A DNA stretch of 37,912 nucleotides from Salisapilia sapeloensis CBS 127946. Its lineage: Eukaryota > Protista > Oomycota. A model generated the notes under the pieces. The model saw only the letters and a list, made by a program, of their open reading frames with translations, ran no database searches and was not told the DNA's origin. This document shows positions 30,900 to 37,912 of this stretch, one piece after another; the stretch's first letter is position 1; every line of letters starts with the position of its first letter. The stretch is taken from contig JAADVB010000187.1 in assembly GCA_023334545.1 (NCBI GenBank), positions 1 to 37,912 on the forward strand, read 5' to 3'. Made by a program: the position numbers and the translations under genes.

Positions 30900-32324
30900 T
30901 CATTCTTCCACTGGCCCTTCCTATTTAATATTAAGTCACCATAGTATATATTTAGTCAATACAATCGCTACCTTTCGTTCTTCCTTCCACCCGTGCGTTT
31001 TCTTTACCTCCACCTTCCGCTTTTTGCTTCCATCCTTCTGAAACTCGCGCCAGTTATTCACTCGCTTCTCTCGACGATCGCCTTCTGCCCACTTTAGCTC
31101 TTTCTTCAACGAATCTTGCATCTATCATCCGACTTAGTTCACTTTCCACCAAGGATTCACATCGACACACGTACGTCCTTGTGCTGTTTTTCCTCCTGCT
31201 CCGCCTCTCGCTTCCGCTGTGCAGCCTCACGCTTCTCCAAATTCAACCGACGATTCTCGATCTGAGCAAATGCTTTCATGACGGCCTTGTCCCGCTCTTC
31301 TTTTTCATCTCCAACATCCTTCAGTCCCTTCTTTAGCTTTGTCTGTCGCTCCTTGTCGGCACTCTTGATAGCATTTTCAATCGTCCGAACACAATTCCTC
31401 TTCCTGTCTTCATCCTGAAGCGTCTTGTACGCCTTGTTTACCTCTATTTCACCATGTAAGTGTACTAGTATGCGATGGATGAAGACTGTAAGAGACCTTC
31501 AAAAGCTTCACGAGCTCTCGGATGCTGACACTTGTCCGGATGAACGATCGTCGAGATCTACAGTCTTCAGTAAGCCACCATTCGTCTACTTTTTCTAGGC
31601 TCCTTACCTTTCGATAGTGCTGTTTGATCTCCTCCACGCCTGCATCTTTTTCGAGCATGAGGACTCGGAACGGATTTAAATTGATCCATTTATAATGTGG
31701 CTGGACAAGTCGTTCCACCTGCTCTTTCCCAGTCCCAAAGTCAATCTTCTCTACCTTTGCAATGACATCTTCTTCTTTCTGAATTGTATTCTCCTGCTCC
31801 TCCAGCTTCTCTACTTCGGACATGAATTCGGATAAAAGAGCATCTTCATCCACACTCTTGTCCTCTTTTGGTGGTTCCTCGCTCTTGGGTCGGTTCCTCT
31901 CCTCATGCTGCTTGCGCAGATTTGCCGAGTATCGCTGAGCTGCTTCATATGCTTCCTCCAATGCTGTCTGGAGAGCCGTATTGTCGGGATCCTTCTCCAG
32001 GCCTTTATTATACGTCGCTCGTGCAGCGTCAAATCGACCTAATGCATGTTCTGCTGCTCCTTTTCGACTGTATCCTTTCCACCACTCTGGCCGTAGCTCG
32101 ACACACTTATTTGCATCGTACAATGCCTTACTCTTGGCATCACCCATGGCCAAGTACGCGGCCGATCGGTTGCTATAGAAGACTGCATTGTCCGGGTCGA
32201 GCTCAATAGCTCTTGTATATAACTCCACAGCCTCCTGATACTTTTCTTCTTTCAGCTTGGCATTCCCGTCGTTCTTAAACGCTTCAGCTTGCGCCGCCGC
32301 CGCGACGGCAGCTCGGTCCTCCAT
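30900..32324 (-). CDS. N-terminal three-TPR domain (STI1/HOP TPR1-like) fused to a DNAJC8/Spf31-like J-domain protein
   Basis: TPR motifs: AEAFKNDGN..LKEEKYQEAV..YTRAIELDP.NAVFYSNRSAAY and KGYSRKGAA. The J domain NLNPFRVL...IKQHYRK|ISTIVHPDK has HPD at 31542-31534. DNAJC8-like tail REKRVNNWREF. About four introns; the exact 3' end is uncertain (about 30900). Confidence 0.85.
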
Positions 32325-32676
32325 GTGTCTCCAGGTCGTGTCAATGGCGCTTTTTTCAAAAATGGGGGCGATTCTACTACTCGAGACAAAAGTAGCACTA
32401 TAATTACAAAAGTAGCATAAAAAAGATAAACGTGGATGCTAACATTTTGTTTTCGAACAGGCATCTTATACTTTATCCGACATATTTTTGAATGCCGTGA
32501 TGCAGTTTGCTTAAGACAAGCGTTGAAAGTTGAAGTTGGGGTGGCAGATGATAGAAAGAGTGATGCACTTCCGTCGCCTTTTCGCTGTTATTTTCGAGTT
32601 GTTGTAAACGCTTGAACACCGTGCACATAGGCCGCGTTCGCTCATTACGCTGGTGCAGTCGTCACGCCCGAAGTGC

Positions 32677-34407
<1,731 letters not shown>

Positions 34408-34525
34408 GACACGACATTGTGGTCAAAGTAGTCGTACTTGGAACAAGTCGAATGTTTTTTTCATGAAAAATGCACAGTGTATTCGATTGATCACCAGTAG
34501 AGTTTCAAAGGTCTCATGACCTTGT

Positions 34526-35455
34526 TCAGTAGACCGCGACAACGTAGTTGCAGATCGGACACTTGCGATGCTCCAACAGCCACTTGTCGATGCACGCTTG
34601 ATGGTAGAAGTGGACACACGGAAGGAGTTTCAGCTCTTCACCTGCTTCATAGTCGGAGAAGCAGATCGAACAGCTCGTGTGGTGCGCTTTCGCATCCGAC
34701 GCACGTTCCTCGTAGATAAACGTCGGTAACGACATGATCTGAGGATACGGCAATCCTTTCCAATCGTCTTCTTCCACTTGTTGAGACCGAATCTCATTAA
34801 TACGACGCAAAAGAGACAAGAAACGTAGATTCCCTGGTCCTTCCTCTTCCCCTTCCTTGGTCTGACGCACGAAACGAGCGAGTATCGTACGAAGGGTGGA
34901 GCGAGATGACGCTGGCACGTCCCCACGACGCAACTGGCGAATGTACTCCATGTCAATGTTGCTCGACTGGTTGGACGGCGTGTCACTGTCAATGTCGGCC
35001 GCAGCGACTGAAATGAGGCCTGTGGGGCTCAATTCAGATGACGAGCGACCACTGCTTAGCTCTTGCAGTTCAACCGACGCGAGGTCAAGGAAGAGGGAGT
35101 CACAGGACGATGGAGTTAAACGGGAGGAAAGGAGCGAGAATTGGTCACGGAGGTTTAAAAGGGAAGACGCAGAGTAGGCATTCGAGCCTTCTTCTTTCTT
35201 AAACGCATCGTCTTCACTCTCGAGCTCTTGGTTCTCGCGTTCGCACTCGGCCATGGCACGAGCGATTTCACGAGCCGTAGCTGTGTCGTCATCCCAGTAA
35301 CTAGACGCCTGCGGATCAGCACGTGGCTAGTAGATAGACAGATTAATACCCCACCATCAAAGAGAAGAAGCGTAAATTCAATGTAAAAGTGGAAGAAAAG
35401 GCCGTACATGTAGCGTCTGTGGCATGCGTGCTTCGTACAACGAGCGTAGGAACAT
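34526..35455 (-). CDS. RING-H2 E3 ubiquitin ligase (RNF38/ATL-like C-terminal RING)
   Basis: CSICFSDYEAGEELKLLPCVHFYHQACIDKWLLEHRKCPIC is a C3H2C3 RING. The ORF from 35254 extends upstream in frame (ASSYWDDDTATAREIARAMAE) to an acceptor at 35309, with a probable first exon at 35455-35408. The 5' exon is less certain. Confidence 0.88.
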
Positions 35456-35666
35456 GATTTCAATGCAAGTACTGAATCGAGTACACGAATAGACTAGTTC
35501 GTGGAAGGCAGCGAAACCCAAGCGGAGTGCTGCAACCAGGAACGAGGAAGAGAGGCACGAAAGCGTCTCGCGGCAGAAAAACAAATCTGGCTGCAACCAC
35601 ATACAAACATTAAATGTCTGGTAGAACAAGTCATCTTGACAGACTGCAAGGAAAACGGCAAAGGCG

Positions 35667-37912
35667 ATGGAACCAGTCGAGGCTGCAACGACATCTCTTC
35701 GAGAGATTTTCGAGGCACAGAGAGAGCATGCAGATAGACTAGTGCAGATACAGGAGAGTTTCTTGCCTAGTCTACGCTTCCAAGTAGCGACAAAGGGTGG
35801 AGAAGCTGCTGTCGAAGCCACGGTCTTTGCTACAGGAGTGGACCAGCTAAGGCCTTTGCATGAGCATTTTCATGTATCTTTGCAAGAGAATCTGGATAGA
35901 TTATTGAACTCGTCTACGCGACGGAATGAATTGAGTCCACATACGTTGAATCCGATTGCGAATATGAATAAAGTGCTGCAAGCCGTGTATGCTCCTCTAA
36001 GGGCTCGTCAAGAACGTATTATCAGTGCTTTACAAGACAGTGGTTATGAATTTATCCAGACCTACTGCAAGAGACATGACGAGACGATTGAGTCGCTTGT
36101 CAAAGGTGCTTTCGGCTACTTTGATCGACTTCAGACCGCGCTGCAGGAACTACGCAGTAACGTGACCAAGCACGCGACGTCGCATTTTATTAAGGAGCTG
36201 CATGAAAATGCCATACAGCACGTAAAAACTGCCAGAGGTGCATTGGACGAGATGGACGACATTGTCTCTCTCCACACTCGACTTGAGGCAGATGAAGTGG
36301 ACTTGTGCGGTCGCAGATCTAAGCTATCGTCGACCGTCAAGTATCAAACGTGTCAGTTAGATGAAGACGCAAAGACTCTACTTCCTTACTTGACAACGAA
36401 GAATATGTGTGAGCGAGAGATACATCTACTAGACGATGGTCGCTGTCTTCTATCCGAAGTAACGGACGATAAGAAACTCCAGATCGTTCGATCTATCCAG
36501 TTAAAGGAAGATGCAGTTGTCTTGGAGACGATTCCCGAAAGTATCTCTTCCTCAGTCCTATCCTCCACTTATGCCATCGCCCTCTTCCTCCAAGAAGAAA
36601 GCATCATGCTATCGTTCCCTGACGCCACATCCCATCAATCAGCTATTTCCATCATTGACCAGTTCCTCCAGGAAGACGAGTCTACGCGGAAGGCCTTGGC
36701 TAGACGTAGTATAGACGAAAGTGGTCTCACAAACCTCTCTTCGATCGCCAAGGAGCAGCTGCAGGATGCAGTCGACGTCACATCCGACCATCCAACTCTT
36801 GTCTCCTTTTCTAGTTTCCATTCCGATGCCTTACCAGGTCTCTTCTGGATCGAAAAGAACGACCAGTGGGTGCCAGTTGAAGTCGCTTTAGGTGCCTGTC
36901 GTTTCCTCCTTATCTTCCAACTCGGTGGATGGGGACACCACGTCCACTTGTTAACTGTAGACTTGCAAGATCCAGAAGCAGACGTCCAAGACATGTGGAA
37001 TGAACCGTTTGGAGACTTTTCGCTTCATATCAAGTGTTCAATAGATCAGGACGAGAAGCAGAATGTCATTGTCAAGTCTCAAGTCCGATCTCGTATCGAC
37101 TATTGGTGTGATGAAGTCTCGCGAGTCGTTGATGAAGCTCGAGCGGCGGCAAAGGTCGTGGAAGATGTACGAGATATCACGGTTGCTGCTGCCAATCGCT
37201 CTTCTACGGTTGAAGCCATTGCATCGGATGGAGATAGTGACGAAACGATGATTCAAGAGGACGAGACGAATGACAGAGCAAAGGATGTAAAGGTAAAGAG
37301 AAAGAGTGAGGCGTTGACTGGGAACATACCGGAACAAGCGGTGGATCTGATGGCACTTGCTATGCCCAGTTCAACAGAGACAGAGACTGTTTCGAAAAGT
37401 CGAAAGCGACTGCGTCAACATTCACCTAGTGCGTCTCCGAAGAAGCAAAAGGTAGAGTCGAGTGTATCGCAGCCGACGGAAATGACAAAGTTGGATGCAC
37501 GAGCACCGTCTCCTGCCGTTATGAGCACCACTTCGAGTGTGTCGATTCAACCTGGTCAACCAAACATCACGTTATCTCAAGTGAGCTCCGTCGCGACAGA
37601 GGAGCCACCGAGATCTCAGCCCAGTGCATCACGCAGCACTTCGGATGCAGTTCGGATTATCCTTACAGGCATGGAACTGTCTGCTGGAGTGAAGAAGCAG
37701 ATCAAAGCGATTGAGGGAGGAGTATATGAGGACGATGTGGAGAAGGCGACGCACTTGGTCGCTCCGAAAGACACATTGAAGCGGACGGTCAAGATGTTGT
37801 GTGGCATCTCCTGCTGCAAGCACATTGTGGATGAGCAGTGGCTAGTGGACTCTGCAGAGGCAGGTAAAGCAGTGGATGAAGAAGCATATTGCCTTCGAGA
37901 TGCGTCGGCTGA
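35667..37912 (+). CDS. Large protein with a helical DH-like N-terminus, PH-like segments, an NLS and a C-terminal BRCT domain (MDC1/PTIP-like); 3'-truncated
   Basis: I read this frame codon by codon from ATG 35667 to the window end and found no stop. The ORF track presumably omits it because it has no stop in the window. BRCT: VRIILTG...GGVYEDDVEKATHLVAP...KRTVKMLCGIS...IVDEQWL.DS....VDEEAY.LRD. Basic NLS-like KSRKRLRQHSPSASPKKQKV at about 37395-37454. Confidence 0.85.
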   Translation, partial: MEPVEAATTSLREIFEAQREHADRLVQIQESFLPSLRFQVATKGGEAAVEATVFATGVDQLRPLHEHFHVSLQENLDRLLNSSTRRNELSPHTLNPIANMNKVLQAVYAPLRARQERIISALQDSGYEFIQTYCKRHDETIESLVKGAFGYFDRLQTALQELRSNVTKHATSHFIKELHENAIQHVKTARGALDEMDDIVSLHTRLEADEVDLCGRRSKLSSTVKYQTCQLDEDAKTLLPYLTTKNMCEREIHLLDDGRCLLSEVTDDKKLQIVRSIQLKEDAVVLETIPESISSSVLSSTYAIALFLQEESIMLSFPDATSHQSAISIIDQFLQEDESTRKALARRSIDESGLTNLSSIAKEQLQDAVDVTSDHPTLVSFSSFHSDALPGLFWIEKNDQWVPVEVALGACRFLLIFQLGGWGHHVHLLTVDLQDPEADVQDMWNEPFGDFSLHIKCSIDQDEKQNVIVKSQVRSRIDYWCDEVSRVVDEARAAAKVVEDVRDITVAAANRSSTVEAIASDGDSDETMIQEDETNDRAKDVKVKRKSEALTGNIPEQAVDLMALAMPSSTETETVSKSRKRLRQHSPSASPKKQKVESSVSQPTEMTKLDARAPSPAVMSTTSSVSIQPGQPNITLSQVSSVATEEPPRSQPSASRSTSDAVRIILTGMELSAGVKKQIKAIEGGVYEDDVEKATHLVAPKDTLKRTVKMLCGISCCKHIVDEQWLVDSAEAGKAVDEEAYCLRDASA

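Overview
Gene-dense eukaryotic DNA, by inference an oomycete (stramenopile). The basis is many short GT-AG introns (mostly 50-100 nt, CTRAY-like branch points), intergenic gaps of about 100-500 bp, and a polycystin-RyR-repeat channel of the oomycete PKDRR type. The bacterial-style ORF track fragments most genes, so I rebuilt about 19 spliced models by eye. In order they are: type II PI4-kinase (partial), a catalytically dead GCPII/transferrin-receptor-like protein, the PKDRR channel, a multi-TM RMDN-like protein, an orphan 3-TM protein ending in CPLGF, an MSS51-like/CS fusion, a D/D-domain protein, ribophorin II, a double DH-PH-FYVE RhoGEF, an orphan coiled-coil protein, a CCT-domain protein, a PH protein, prolylcarboxypeptidase, a SAYSvFN protein with a UIM, a Regnase-type PIN plus KH RNase, a TPR-DNAJC8 fusion, UGPase, a RING-H2 ligase, and a long unlisted ORF with a degenerate DH-like start and BRCT end (partial). 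I saw no rRNA, tRNA, CRISPR or transposon. The interest lies in unusual domain fusions and pseudo-enzymes rather than in an operon-like system. All domain calls come from motif recognition, not from database searches.
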